This document shows, piece after piece, positions 63,831-64,000 of a stretch of DNA of 64,000 bases; the stretch's first letter is position 1; every line of letters starts with the position of its first letter. The stretch is from Monocercomonoides exilis PA203. Taxonomy: Eukaryota; Protista; Preaxostyla. Position numbers and translations under genes: made by a program. The stretch covers positions 62,001-126,000 of the forward strand of contig LSRY02000013.1 in assembly GCA_001643675.2 (NCBI GenBank). Direction: 5' to 3'. The notes under the pieces are model-generated. The model had not been told where the DNA came from and did not search any database. It saw nothing but the letters and a program-made list of their open reading frames with translations.

Positions 63831-64000
63831 AGTGGAATGAATAGGAAAAGATGGAAAAGAAGAAAAAGATGAAATTGAATACGCCAAATAACTCATGTAT
63901 TTTTAAGAAAGAAAAAAAAGAATAAGTGACAAATGGTCCAAATTTTGAGATCGATGTCAACAGAGATTTCACAATTCTTTATTCTTTTTGTTGGAGTTGT

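Noticed and set aside
1-64000. CRISPR arrays, tRNA, rRNA, transposase or reverse-transcriptase genes
   Set aside because: None recognised by eye. Tandem repeats present are microsatellites or codon repeats (poly-Ser/Glu/Asp).

Overview
This is AT-rich, intron-containing eukaryotic DNA with short GT-AG introns and the standard genetic code. It most likely comes from an oxymonad such as Monocercomonoides; that is an inference from the large receptor-pseudokinase family and the intron style. The first ~42 kb is a gene-dense housekeeping block: DNA polymerase delta (3' part), a tandem two-domain adenosine deaminase, U1-C, an RFC small subunit, IFT46, an axonemal-dynein-light-chain-domain protein, a 7-exon ODA-DC3-like EF-hand gene absent from the ORF track, XMAP215/chTOG, a DPE2-type 4-alpha-glucanotransferase, a ~208-bp MITE-like element, actin, an importin-alpha-like ARM protein, a TFIIB/Brf-type factor, the SRP (7SL) RNA gene and HisRS. 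From 42 to 60 kb lie two divergently oriented members of a large surface-protein family (Cys-rich beta-helix/Pmp-like ectodomain, one TM helix, cytoplasmic pseudokinase). Their ectodomains are highly diverged, yet they share a 961-bp apparently identical inverted repeat that starts immediately after the TM helix and covers most of the cytoplasmic domain. One copy is a truncated pseudogene; the other is a ~3,960-codon reading frame broken by a single TGA. The last 4 kb holds degraded coding remnants.
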